Shown here piece by piece: positions 35,267 to 43,800 of a stretch of DNA of 64,000 nucleotides. Under the pieces are notes generated by a model. It did no database searches, was not told the DNA's origin, and saw only the letters and a program-made list of their open reading frames with translations. A program made the translations under genes and the position numbers. Source of the DNA: a virus. Where the stretch lies: positions 128,001 to 192,000 of IMG/VR virus record IMGVR_UViG_3300012642_000011. One strand, given 5' to 3'. Each line of letters opens with the position of its first letter. The first letter of the stretch is position 1.

Positions 35267-35340
35267 GGCACTGTGGCTGAATGGTTTTAGGCAACAGATT
35301 GCAAACCTGTTTTATGTGGGTTCAAATCCCATCGGTGCCT
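35267..35340 (+). tRNA. tRNA-Cys (anticodon GCA), canonical 7/5 fold
   Basis: acceptor ggcactg/cggtgcc (one U:G); anticodon stem acaga/cctgt (A31 opposite C39) with enterobacterial-type loop ttGCAaa; T-arm gtggg-ttcaaat-cccat; preceded by 12-bp inverted repeat attgtagtacat/atgtactacaat. Confidence 0.75.
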
Positions 35341-35372
35341 CAAGAATAGAAAAGCGAACAAAGGTGATTACA

Positions 35373-35702
35373 GTGGCTATCTGCTATGCTTGCAAAAGAG
35401 AACTCAAGCCTGAGAATGAAAACATGACTACTGATTATCAGTTCGACAATGCTCTATGGATTGGTCTCTTTGGCGGTTATGGCATGTTCATTGAGTCAAA
35501 GTCATTCAATCAGTACTCTGACAAAGATCATGTAATCAAAGCAGACATGGAAGCAGTGCTATGTCATGATTGCGCTCATGAGGCTTGCGAGAAACTCCCA
35601 TGGCTTGAGAGCCTCATTGACACTCACAACGCTCATTCGCACACGATTGAATATATGAAGGAAAACCCTGACCACTATGGTTGGGATTATGATGAAGATT
35701 GA
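35373..35702 (+). CDS. small zinc-ribbon protein (CYAC...CHDC)
   Basis: in-frame part of track ORF 35265..35702 downstream of tRNA-Cys; GTG at 35373 after aaggtg; alternative ATG at 35424. Confidence 0.45.
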   Translation: MAICYACKRELKPENENMTTDYQFDNALWIGLFGGYGMFIESKSFNQYSDKDHVIKADMEAVLCHDCAHEACEKLPWLESLIDTHNAHSHTIEYMKENPDHYGWDYDED

Positions 35703-35869
35703 TTTTGTCACCCTCGAACAGCACACCCGTCCTTAAGGATTGCTCCACGGTCATTATCATATAGATATCTTGAGAATGTCTTTTGGCATGATGGTATCAT
35801 AAATGAAATGGGATCAATTCTGTACACGGTCTTGCATGTCTAGTCAACTATGGACACAATGATCACATC

Positions 35870-36373
35870 ATGAACAACTTATTGAAAGGTACTTCCATGA
35901 AAGTCATGATCTATACAGGCTACTTTGACTACGAGACCTTTGCGGATGGGAATAATAACATCTTCAAGGACAGGGCAAGAGTCTTTGATATCTCCACTGA
36001 TGAAAAGTTTAGAGCAGCAAAAGTTTTCTTCATCAAGCAGGAACTCCTCCAGTGGGATTACTATTTTGCCTACAGTGACATCAATTTAGATAAGCCTGAG
36101 GAACCTTCATTCACAATGAAAGAGATGAAGGATACTGACTTGGTGGCAGAGAGAACTAAAGAGTATGAACTTGCTATGGAAGAATACGAAGCAAGTCAGA
36201 GAAAGTACCGTGAGCGTGTATCGTTTTTCTCAAGGCTACAAAATGATGATGTGCATGAGAATGATGATCATATCATCGATGAGGTCTTTGACATGATCAT
36301 GGAAAAAGATAAGAATCAGGATTCTCATTACCCTGCAGTGTACTTCAAAGACCTTGAAGATCTGTCACTTTGA
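35870..36373 (+). CDS. hypothetical acidic protein
   Basis: 167-aa track ORF (alternative ATG at 35897). Confidence 0.5.
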   Translation: MNNLLKGTSMKVMIYTGYFDYETFADGNNNIFKDRARVFDISTDEKFRAAKVFFIKQELLQWDYYFAYSDINLDKPEEPSFTMKEMKDTDLVAERTKEYELAMEEYEASQRKYRERVSFFSRLQNDDVHENDDHIIDEVFDMIMEKDKNQDSHYPAVYFKDLEDLSL

Positions 36374-36471
36374 TTACAAGAGACCTAGAACGATGTTAAC
36401 AATGTCATCGTTCTAGGTCTCTTGTTTCTTTAGAGATTATTCTATTGAATAAGAAGTTATGAGGTACCATC

Positions 36472-37536
36472 ATGAAGAAATACCACATCAATCTCAAAGG
36501 TAATGTGATGCCATGCGAGGCTGATGTCAAGCCTTGCAAATTCGGATCTGCAGATCACTTTGAAAGCAAAAAGGCAGCACAACAATCATTTGAAGATGCT
36601 GCAGAGAAAACGCCTTTAAAGAATAGAGAAAAATTCAAAGATCAATCAGATTATTTTGCCTCTATAGCCCAAGATTCCCTTGATTCTGAATATGTGATGG
36701 TAGGAGATAAAAATCGTGATGTTTTGAGTTTCTCATCTGCTGAACTTGCTAAAGGGAACAGTAAGATCGTGGCTGATTATATGAAATGGTATACAGAGCC
36801 ATATGAAGGAGATCATGATGATGACTATGATGACTATACACCTCCTCAAGAACTCTCTGTGACATGCTACAATCCCCGTGGACCACACTTCTCTGACGAT
36901 CACTATGCTAACTACTACATTGATGACAATGGGCAGAAGATCATTGTGGATTATGGATTCTCAGAGTTCGATGAAAATGAGAATCAACCTTATGTTGGTA
37001 CAGAAGATCAGTGGAAACGTGATATCAAGCATCATGCTTACATGGGTTCTGTGTTGTCAGAAAGAACTATAAAACTGCAACGTCGATCAGGTACTCTTCC
37101 TGTATTTCCTGCAGGAGAAAAGAACCCTCTTTTAGATAAGACTGTCTTGGAAGAGCCAGAAGGAAGAAATCCATTCAAGGGTCCAAAGGACAATTATCCT
37201 CACACACGCTTTCTTTCTGTTGATGGCATAAGAGTAGCGGCTGTTCAATATGGTCTTGACGAGGATGGCAAAACACCAAAGATTTGGTCTGCAGAGACAA
37301 GGAAAGAGTACAGAAATCAAGGTTACATGACCAAACTGTATAATATGCTTGCAGAGGATTACAACGTTCCTCATGTGACATCAGGAGGATCATACACTCC
37401 CGATGGTTATGCTTATATGAAGAGATATCACGATGCTCACGGTCAGACAGAGGGGAAAATCAACTTCCCCTACTATCAAGGAGAAAATAAGTTTTCCTTT
37501 ATACACGATTGGGTTGATAGAGGAGAATTTAATTGA
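36472..37536 (+). CDS. N-module protein, 354 aa, possible acetyltransferase-like C-terminus
   Basis: N-term MKKYHINLKGNVMPCEADVKPCKFGSADHFESKKAAQQSFE; C-term YRNQGYMTKLYNMLAE resembles the C-termini of 17735/18793. Confidence 0.7.
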   Translation: MKKYHINLKGNVMPCEADVKPCKFGSADHFESKKAAQQSFEDAAEKTPLKNREKFKDQSDYFASIAQDSLDSEYVMVGDKNRDVLSFSSAELAKGNSKIVADYMKWYTEPYEGDHDDDYDDYTPPQELSVTCYNPRGPHFSDDHYANYYIDDNGQKIIVDYGFSEFDENENQPYVGTEDQWKRDIKHHAYMGSVLSERTIKLQRRSGTLPVFPAGEKNPLLDKTVLEEPEGRNPFKGPKDNYPHTRFLSVDGIRVAAVQYGLDEDGKTPKIWSAETRKEYRNQGYMTKLYNMLAEDYNVPHVTSGGSYTPDGYAYMKRYHDAHGQTEGKINFPYYQGENKFSFIHDWVDRGEFN

Positions 37537-37642
37537 TCATAAGGAAAGTGCTTTGAATTCTTGTAGAGAAAAGGTTGACCCATGATGGCGGATCTGTTAT
37601 CATGGTTATGAGCAAGAACACCACGAGAAAGAAAGGCATCCC

Positions 37643-38035
37643 ATGATTAACACGAAAGTCATGACACGCATCAATGTCCCTATGTTTGCAGGAAGAGATT
37701 GTGTCGAAGGTATTCTCCCAAAGAACATGAATGATGTCTCCATGCCTGTGTACGTTGACTTCCTTAATACTATGGAGGCAAATGAGGCATTCATAGTAGA
37801 GTTGGCTTTTCAGTTGAAGATGGGACTGAATGAGAACATTGATATTGTCACACTTGCAGGAGATGAGCATGGAAAGATGCTCTTGGCCGAAATGGCTAGA
37901 ATCAACGCTAAGAACAAGTTGTCTTCATTGACCCATACGGAGATCACGAGGAAAGAGCATGATCTCGTGATGCAGTCTTTTGAAAACAAGGGGATGGTAT
38001 CAAAGGAAACAACGTCTTCTTCATGGTTGCATTGA
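37643..38035 (+). CDS. hypothetical protein (130 aa)
   Basis: track ORF; no motif. Confidence 0.45.
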   Translation: MINTKVMTRINVPMFAGRDCVEGILPKNMNDVSMPVYVDFLNTMEANEAFIVELAFQLKMGLNENIDIVTLAGDEHGKMLLAEMARINAKNKLSSLTHTEITRKEHDLVMQSFENKGMVSKETTSSSWLH

Positions 38036-38159
38036 TTTTCATAAACTATGCAACCTCCAAGGATCAATATGCTATAGAGTTAATATTGAATTAACTCACT
38101 TAAATAAGCACAAAAGTATGCTCATTAGCCAAAACACAAATATGAGCATACATATCTTC

Positions 38160-38188
38160 TTGACATCCTTAGACTAAGATGATATACT
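38160..38188 (+). promoter_or_regulatory. sigma70-type promoter (TTGACA-17-TATACT) upstream of tRNA-Val
   Basis: ttgaca 38160-38165, tatact 38183-38188. Confidence 0.5.
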
Positions 38189-38202
38189 TATCATTGCAAC
38201 AT

Positions 38203-38277
38203 GGTCGCATGGCTCAATCTGGTTAGAGCGCTTCCCTGACTCGGAAGAGGTTGTGGGTTCAAATCCCGCTGCGACTA
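38203..38277 (+). tRNA. tRNA-Val (anticodon GAC)
   Basis: acceptor ggtcgca/tgcgact (G1:U72); D-arm gctcaatctggttagagc; anticodon stem cttcc/ggaag loop ctGACtc; T-arm gtggg-ttcaaat-cccgc. Confidence 0.8.
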
Positions 38278-38548
38278 CTACAGCAAACATGCTGAACAAG
38301 TGTCACGGAGTTAGAATGTGCGCAACGGGTCAGGGGCGGAAGTCAGCATCCCACGCACATAATGGCTGGTGTGATAACCAAGAGACCACTGAAAAGTGGT
38401 CTCTTGTGTTTTGAATCTTTCTTTTCATTCAGTAAACAGAATCATCACCTTCCCGAGATGTGTACAAAAGTATACACCAAAAAGCATAAAACAATGCAGT
38501 TACGTTGATAACATAGTAATGATAAGCAAATACAATAGGAGTATAAAA

Positions 38549-39043
38549 ATGATTTCAACAGGTTTTCTGGATGGATTGAGGGTGTGGATTGATGGATTGG
38601 ACGCGATATTGCAATGGTTAGGGATCTTGTTGATCTCTACCATTCCTTACGTTGAATCATATTTTGGATCATTCATTGGGACAGGTCTTGGCATCAATGT
38701 TTTCATTGCCATCATTTCTGCTATTATTGGAAACATCATCTCCATGCTTGTTTTTGTCTTTTTTGGAGAGAAAATTGGAATGCTAAGAGATGAGTCAAAA
38801 ATCTCTGAGAAGAAGAGAATGAAAAGACAAAAGTTAAGAGATAGGTTCGATAAGTATGGAATTATTGGTGTTTCATTAATGGGTCAAATTTTCTTGCCAA
38901 GTCAGATCACGTCATCTGTCATGGTAGGTTTTGGATTGAACAGAAACAAAGTGATATTCTGGCAAATCATTTCCATTATTCTATGGGGTATTGCTTTTGG
39001 AATCATCGGAATGTTTGCTTTCAGCGGACTTCATTTCAACTAA
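38549..39043 (+). CDS. small polytopic membrane protein (about 4 TM helices)
   Basis: in-frame ATG after ataggagtataaaa; hydrophobic segments LGILLISTIPYV, VFIAIISAIIGNIISMLVFVFF, IIGVSLMGQIFL, IISIILWGIAFGIIGMFAF. Confidence 0.6.
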   Translation: MISTGFLDGLRVWIDGLDAILQWLGILLISTIPYVESYFGSFIGTGLGINVFIAIISAIIGNIISMLVFVFFGEKIGMLRDESKISEKKRMKRQKLRDRFDKYGIIGVSLMGQIFLPSQITSSVMVGFGLNRNKVIFWQIISIILWGIAFGIIGMFAFSGLHFN

Positions 39044-39061
39044 TACGTTATTGTCAATAAT

Positions 39062-39102
39062 GTGGTTAACAAAATATCATTGTTAACCACGTTATCTATT
39101 TT
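39062..39102 (+). terminator. rho-independent terminator
   Basis: hairpin gtggttaaca-aaatatcat-tgttaaccac followed by gttatctatttt. Confidence 0.6.
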
Positions 39103-39249
39103 AATAATTATAATAAACATAAAAGATTTAAATAGCATTAGAATACAAATGACAAATCTATTTCCGCTTGACAATTCCGTTGAAGCATGCTATCTTTGAC
39201 ACCATGAGATCATGACAATGAATCATAGACAACTACATAGAGGAACCTT

Positions 39250-39299
39250 GTCTGCAACTCAATTAGGGAAAACAAATGGTTCGATTCCATTTGCAGACA
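39250..39299 (+). ncRNA. tRNA-like minihelix MH3 (acceptor stem + T-arm, no anticodon arm)
   Basis: gtctgca-actcaattagggaaaacaa-atgg-ttcgatt-ccat-t-tgcagac-a: perfect 7-bp acceptor pairing, T-arm-like hairpin, discriminator A; followed by about 260 nt of GC-richer, hairpin-rich non-coding sequence. Confidence 0.45.
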
Positions 39300-39727
39300 C
39301 TGGAAGCAAGCGCTGGATGCTGTCGCGGTGCATTGGAAACAATGGCTGAGGAACTTCCGAGCTACACAACCTTACCTTGCAGGAGAGGGAAACCTCGTTT
39401 TTACTGGGAAGCCACAACTTAAAAAGCAGAGGCGGCGGGAGTAACAACGCAAACAGAACAGAGAGTGGAGTTGCTCGTTGACGTTCGGGTATGCGGCTTA
39501 GACAGATGACAAGCAGCAATCAAAAGATTGTAACAGAACTCGGGGTATGAGGCGCTTGCTTCCTTCTCTCATAGAATATGATTTTTGGAACAGATAAATT
39601 TATCTGGCATATAAATCAATCTCAATATTGATAACATAGAACACAACGTTATCTCATAGTTGCTTCTGTACGATAACTTAACTATGAGAGTATTCTCTTA
39701 TCAACGATAAACAGAAAGGTGATAATC

Positions 39728-40540
39728 ATGATGCCAAAAAATCTCGTCTTTGTCCGTCATGGCGAATCGGATGGAAACATTGCTGTAGAGAGGTCCAAAG
39801 TAGGAGACTACAGGCACTATACTGACGATTTTGTTAACATTCCCGGTAGCCAATGGCGACTTTCACCCAAGGGAATTGAGCAAGCGCAGACAACAGGCAC
39901 ATGGTTGAAGGATGTCTACAAACAGTTCCATCGACAGATTGTTTCTCCTTATGTGCGAACAAAGGAAACGGCAGGACACCTCGGAATGGGTGGGAACTGG
40001 ATGATGAACCGCGCCGTCCGTGAAAGGGATTGGGGCGACATTGGATCTGTTCTTCGAAAGGACTTCCAGACAGAGTATCCCCGTAACTTTACAATGAAGT
40101 CTATCGACCCATTGTACTGGCGTCCTCCGGGCGGAGAATCCATTGTTGACGTTTCAGAGAACCGAGTCAGAAACCTTCTGGACACTTTGCACAGAGAATG
40201 TGAAGGTGATGATGTCCTTGTTGTTTCTCATGGTGAGTTCATGTGGGCTTCTCGTCTCGTCCTAGAGAGGTGGAGTGATACTGAATTCATCAACAGGGAT
40301 TCTGATAAGAATGAGAAGATCCATAATGCTCAGGCCATCTGCTACACCAGAGTGAATCCGCACACTAATGAACTGGCAAAGCGTTTAGAATGGGTTCGCG
40401 TGGCTACGCCTGTGATCGATGATAACGGAGTGTGGTCAATGAATGTCAGCAAGTGGCAGAAGTTTGGAAGAGAACTCCTCACTGATGAGATGCTTCTTGA
40501 AGAAGTCAACAAGATTCCTCATTCCATTTCTTACGATTGA
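39728..40540 (+). CDS. histidine phosphatase superfamily protein (phosphoglycerate-mutase-like)
   Basis: catalytic motif VFVRHGESDGN near the N-terminus; ATG at 39728 after aaaggtga. Confidence 0.7.
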   Translation: MMPKNLVFVRHGESDGNIAVERSKVGDYRHYTDDFVNIPGSQWRLSPKGIEQAQTTGTWLKDVYKQFHRQIVSPYVRTKETAGHLGMGGNWMMNRAVRERDWGDIGSVLRKDFQTEYPRNFTMKSIDPLYWRPPGGESIVDVSENRVRNLLDTLHRECEGDDVLVVSHGEFMWASRLVLERWSDTEFINRDSDKNEKIHNAQAICYTRVNPHTNELAKRLEWVRVATPVIDDNGVWSMNVSKWQKFGRELLTDEMLLEEVNKIPHSISYD

Positions 40541-40548
40541 GAATCATC

Positions 40549-40577
40549 TTGACAAAAATGATCTCACCTGTTATCAT
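40549..40577 (+). promoter_or_regulatory. sigma70-type promoter (TTGACA-17-TATCAT) upstream of tRNA-Thr/Ser pair
   Basis: ttgaca 40549-40554, tatcat 40572-40577; spacer contains 12-bp inverted repeat tctcacctgtta/taacaggtgaga. Confidence 0.45.
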
Positions 40578-40607
40578 TGTAGTATCACTTGGTAACAGGT
40601 GAGACAT

Positions 40608-40680
40608 GCATCCATAGCTTAGTTGGTAGAGCATTCCTCTCGTAAAGGAAAGGTCGTCGGTTCGATCCCGACTGGATGCC
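40608..40680 (+). tRNA. tRNA-Thr (anticodon CGU)
   Basis: acceptor gcatcca/tggatgc; anticodon stem ttcct/aggaa loop ctCGTaa; T-arm gtcgg-ttcgatc-ccgac. Confidence 0.85.
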
Positions 40681-40708
40681 CCATATTGATTTCATCAATA
40701 ACACCAAT

Positions 40709-40796
40709 GGAAGATTGACAGAGTGGTAATGTGTCTGCCTCGAAAGCAGTAGCCATCCGTAAAACGGGTGCAGGAGTTCGATTCTCCTATCTTCCG
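40709..40796 (+). tRNA. tRNA-Ser (anticodon CGA), type II
   Basis: acceptor ggaagat/atcttcc; anticodon stem tctgc/gcagt (U opposite U at 27-43) loop ctCGAaa; long variable arm; T-arm aggag-ttcgatt-ctcct. Confidence 0.75.
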
Positions 40797-40906
40797 CTTC
40801 ACGTTGAATCAGTAACTTCTGTGAGTTCTTGAGTGAATTCATAGGAATCTCCATGCTAAAGCATAGAGAGGATGTCAAACGAGTATATAATTATTCTTTA
40901 ATCCTA

Positions 40907-41236
40907 TTACGATGAGACGCTCCAACAACCACTATTGTCAAATCTACTTCTGTATGCTTTATCGCCTCGTATAGCGCAATCAGATCTCCAAGCTTGAGTG
41001 CCAACACATATAGTATCACGATTCTGCATTAACGCTTGGCCATAATTAGTCACGCATCTAGCGGTATCCGCACCAACACCATACAAGGCAGTAGTGATCC
41101 AACCCACAATCGCAATTGCAGCAATAGCAAAACCAGCAACAATAATTATCATCTGGACGAGATCGCCACGATCTTTACCCTCAGCCTCTTGACTATTCAA
41201 GAAAACATCATGAATATTCTTCAAAAATCCTTTCAT
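40907..41236 (-). CDS. small signal-anchored Cys-rich protein, array member 1 of 4
   Basis: 109 aa; MKGFLKNIH...DRGDLVQMIIIVAGFAIAAIAIVGWITTALYGVGA then a variable 4-Cys C-terminal domain. Confidence 0.65.
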   Translation of the reverse strand: MKGFLKNIHDVFLNSQEAEGKDRGDLVQMIIIVAGFAIAAIAIVGWITTALYGVGADTARCVTNYGQALMQNRDTICVGTQAWRSDCAIRGDKAYRSRFDNSGCWSVSS

Positions 41237-41467
41237 TAGTTAGTACTCCTGTGTATAAGATTATGATCACATTGCGTGATAACTCTTTAATTTATATCAA
41301 ACAATTTCTAATAATAATATCAAAGAAAGGTTATTTATTTACGATAAACTAACAGGGTGATAGTGCTTTTCTTCTTAAAAACACTATCACCCTGTTAAGT
41401 GTGCGTAAGATCTAAATCCTTTGATCTTCCGACTTATATGAATGTATAATTACTCTTCAATGCTATT

Positions 41468-41803
41468 TTATACATAAACTTGTGACCAATAACAACCATT
41501 CTTATCAAATCTACTTTTGTATGCACTATCGCCTCGTATATCACACTCAGATTTCCAAGCATGCTCATCATAACATAGAGTATCACGATTCTGCATTAAC
41601 CCTTGACCATAATTAGTCATGCATCTAGCAGTATTAGCGCCAACACCATACAGAGCTGTAGTGATCCAGCCCACTATTGCTATTGCGGCAATAGCAAAGC
41701 CAGCAACAATGATTATCATCTGGACAAGATCTCCACGATCCTTGTCCTCAGTCTCTTGATTATTCAAGATAACAGCGTGAATATTCTTTAAAAACCCTTT
41801 CAT
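41468..41803 (-). CDS. small signal-anchored Cys-rich protein, array member 2 of 4
   Basis: 111 aa; same N-terminal 60 aa, divergent C-terminus LCYDEHAWKSECDIRGDSAYKSRFDKNGCYW. Confidence 0.65.
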   Translation of the reverse strand: MKGFLKNIHAVILNNQETEDKDRGDLVQMIIIVAGFAIAAIAIVGWITTALYGVGANTARCMTNYGQGLMQNRDTLCYDEHAWKSECDIRGDSAYKSRFDKNGCYWSQVYV

Positions 41804-42023
41804 ATTGATTGGTGCTCCAGTGTATAAGATCAGTAATCACATAGTGTGATAACTTTTTAATTTATATCAAATAATTTCTAATACTAACATCAAAGAAAGG
41901 GTATTAATTGATGATAAATTAACAGAGTGATAGTGCTTTTATTCTTAAAAACACTATCACCCTGTTAAGTGTGCGTAAGATCTAAATCCTTTGATCTTCC
42001 GCCTCATACAAATCTATAAACTA

Positions 42024-42356
42024 TTACGAGGGCAAAGCAAGCAGACAACCATTATCATCAAATCTACTACTGTATGCTTTATCGCTTCGTATAGCACACT
42101 CAGAATCCAAAGCGTGATCATTATAACACGCAGTATCACGATTCTGCATTAAGCCTTCACCATAAGTAGTCAAGCATCTAGCACTATCAGCACCAACACC
42201 ATACAAGGCAGTAGTGATCCAACCTACAATTGCGATTGCAGCAATGGCAAAACCAGCAACAATGATTACCATCTGGACAAGATCTCCACGATCCCTGTCT
42301 TCAATCTCTTGATTATTCAAGATAACAGCATGAATATTCTTTAAAAATCCTTTCAT
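42024..42356 (-). CDS. small signal-anchored Cys-rich protein, array member 3 of 4
   Basis: 110 aa; C-terminus ACYNDHALDSECAIRSDKAYSSRFDDNGC. Confidence 0.65.
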   Translation of the reverse strand: MKGFLKNIHAVILNNQEIEDRDRGDLVQMVIIVAGFAIAAIAIVGWITTALYGVGADSARCLTTYGEGLMQNRDTACYNDHALDSECAIRSDKAYSSRFDDNGCLLALPS

Positions 42357-42403
42357 TGTTTGGTGTTCCCTGTGTTGATTGAGTGAAAACTTTTTAACCT
42401 ATA

Positions 42404-42751
42404 TCAAGTAAGAACTTCCCCCACCCAATCATCATTCCAACAACTATCAGTATCAAATCTACTTTTGTATGCTTTATCGTCTTGTATAGCGCAATCAGAT
42501 TGGAAAGCATGACTGTCATAACACCAAGCATCATGATTCTGCATTAACCCTTGACCATAAGTAGTCAAGCATCTAGCACTATCAGCACCAACACCATACA
42601 AAGCAGTAGTGATCCAACCCACAATCGCAATTGCAGCAATGGCAAAACCAGCAACAATGATTACCATCTGGACAAGATCTCCACGATCCTTGTCCTCAAT
42701 CTCTTGACTATTCAAGAGAACAGCATGAATATTCTTTAAAAATCCTTTCAT
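42404..42751 (-). CDS. small signal-anchored Cys-rich protein, array member 4 of 4
   Basis: track ORF 42404..42766 trimmed to the conserved MKGFLK start; C-terminus WCYDSHAFQSDCAIQDDKAYKSRFDTDSCWNDDW. Confidence 0.6.
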   Translation of the reverse strand: MKGFLKNIHAVLLNSQEIEDKDRGDLVQMVIIVAGFAIAAIAIVGWITTALYGVGADSARCLTTYGQGLMQNHDAWCYDSHAFQSDCAIQDDKAYKSRFDTDSCWNDDWVGEVLT

Positions 42752-42856
42752 TAGTTGGTGCTCCATTGTATAAGATAGTGATCACATTATGTGAAAACTT
42801 TTTAATTTATATCAAAGAATTCTAATACTAATATCTTATTCATTTATAATCTTTTC

Positions 42857-42885
42857 TTGACTTTCTTCCTCTATTGTGATATACT
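42857..42885 (+). promoter_or_regulatory. sigma70-type promoter (TTGACT-17-TGaTATACT) upstream of tRNA-Thr
   Basis: ttgact 42857-42862, tatact 42880-42885. Confidence 0.5.
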
Positions 42886-42939
42886 TAGAATGTAAAATTA
42901 AAGACATTAAGAATATGTTCGAAGATACTTACGATACAT

Positions 42940-43011
42940 GCCTGCATAGCTCAGTGGTAGAGCACTTTCTTGGTAAGAAAGAGGTCGTCGGATCAATCCC
43001 GACTGTAGGCT
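42940..43011 (+). tRNA. tRNA-Thr (anticodon GGU), second copy
   Basis: acceptor gcctgca/tgtaggc (G:U); anticodon stem ctttc/gaaag loop ttGGTaa; T-arm gtcgg-atcaatc-ccgac; near-identical body to 26915 copy. Confidence 0.8.
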
Positions 43012-43233
43012 CCGCTTCAAGGTGGCTATGATTACCCATAGTCACCTTTTTATTTCATTAGAAGAATCGTCTATCACACTAGGAAACATATCCGTTCTAA
43101 TCGGTGACGTAAATGTGAAGAAATAGTGAGGATAGGCACGCTCAAGAACTGTTTGCTATTGCTCTCCTTATGTGGTACAATTTCTCTGTCACGTCATATC
43201 ATGATTCACACACTAAGAGGAAGAGCATAAACA

Positions 43234-43734
43234 ATGGACATCAAAGACAACAATGATTGCTGCTGTGGTAAAATCCACCATAGTGGCTTCAAGTTGTCCA
43301 AAGATGACAATGGATACTACTCTTTTATTGCTCGAAAGAAGTTTGACAGTGGAATGACAGGGGAAATTTCCTTTGACCTCTATCAGATGTCAGAAGGAAG
43401 TCATGATGTCCTTGTAGATATCTCATTTGTTGTCTATAGAAAGCGCAAGAGCGCATGGGGCGTGCCTAACGAAATCACAGGTCGTGATGGCGCTGCAACC
43501 CTTGTGTGGGCAAATGAGCAAATCAATGCTTTCAGCGAATTCGTTTGGAATAAGACTATAGCCAATGAAGTCACACTGGTTATTGGTTGGACGGATAAAA
43601 AGCGAGGGGATCTGTATAAGAAGGTTCTGACGCAACGTGGATTCTCTATTGTCAGAGATGAAGGAGAAATCGTCCTCAAAAAGAAAATCCATCGAATTCC
43701 CCTAAAGGATCGAAAGTATCAGTTTTCACGATAA
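43234..43734 (+). CDS. hypothetical protein (166 aa)
   Basis: track ORF; N-terminal CCCGKIHH cluster; no confident family. Confidence 0.5.
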   Translation: MDIKDNNDCCCGKIHHSGFKLSKDDNGYYSFIARKKFDSGMTGEISFDLYQMSEGSHDVLVDISFVVYRKRKSAWGVPNEITGRDGAATLVWANEQINAFSEFVWNKTIANEVTLVIGWTDKKRGDLYKKVLTQRGFSIVRDEGEIVLKKKIHRIPLKDRKYQFSR

Positions 43735-43744
43735 GAAAACACAA

Positions 43745-43800
43745 GAAAACGCGTTGTGCAGTTAGTGGTTTTAATCCCATGTTGCACAACGCGTTTTCTT
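43745..43800. terminator. bidirectional terminator between convergent genes
   Basis: inverted repeat gaaaacgcgttgtgca-N22-tgcacaacgcgttttc. Confidence 0.6.

Noticed and set aside
39250-39560. tmRNA (acceptor + T-arm next to a structured region)
   Set aside because: Both acceptor strands are contiguous within 50 nt. No tag reading frame ending in a hydrophobic ...AA-stop was found in any frame.
41351-41975. Repeated about 48-bp palindromes between the four paralogous genes as a CRISPR-like array
   Set aside because: Each repeat is a self-complementary hairpin with flanking T and A runs, positioned after each gene. These are terminators, and the 'spacers' are the genes.
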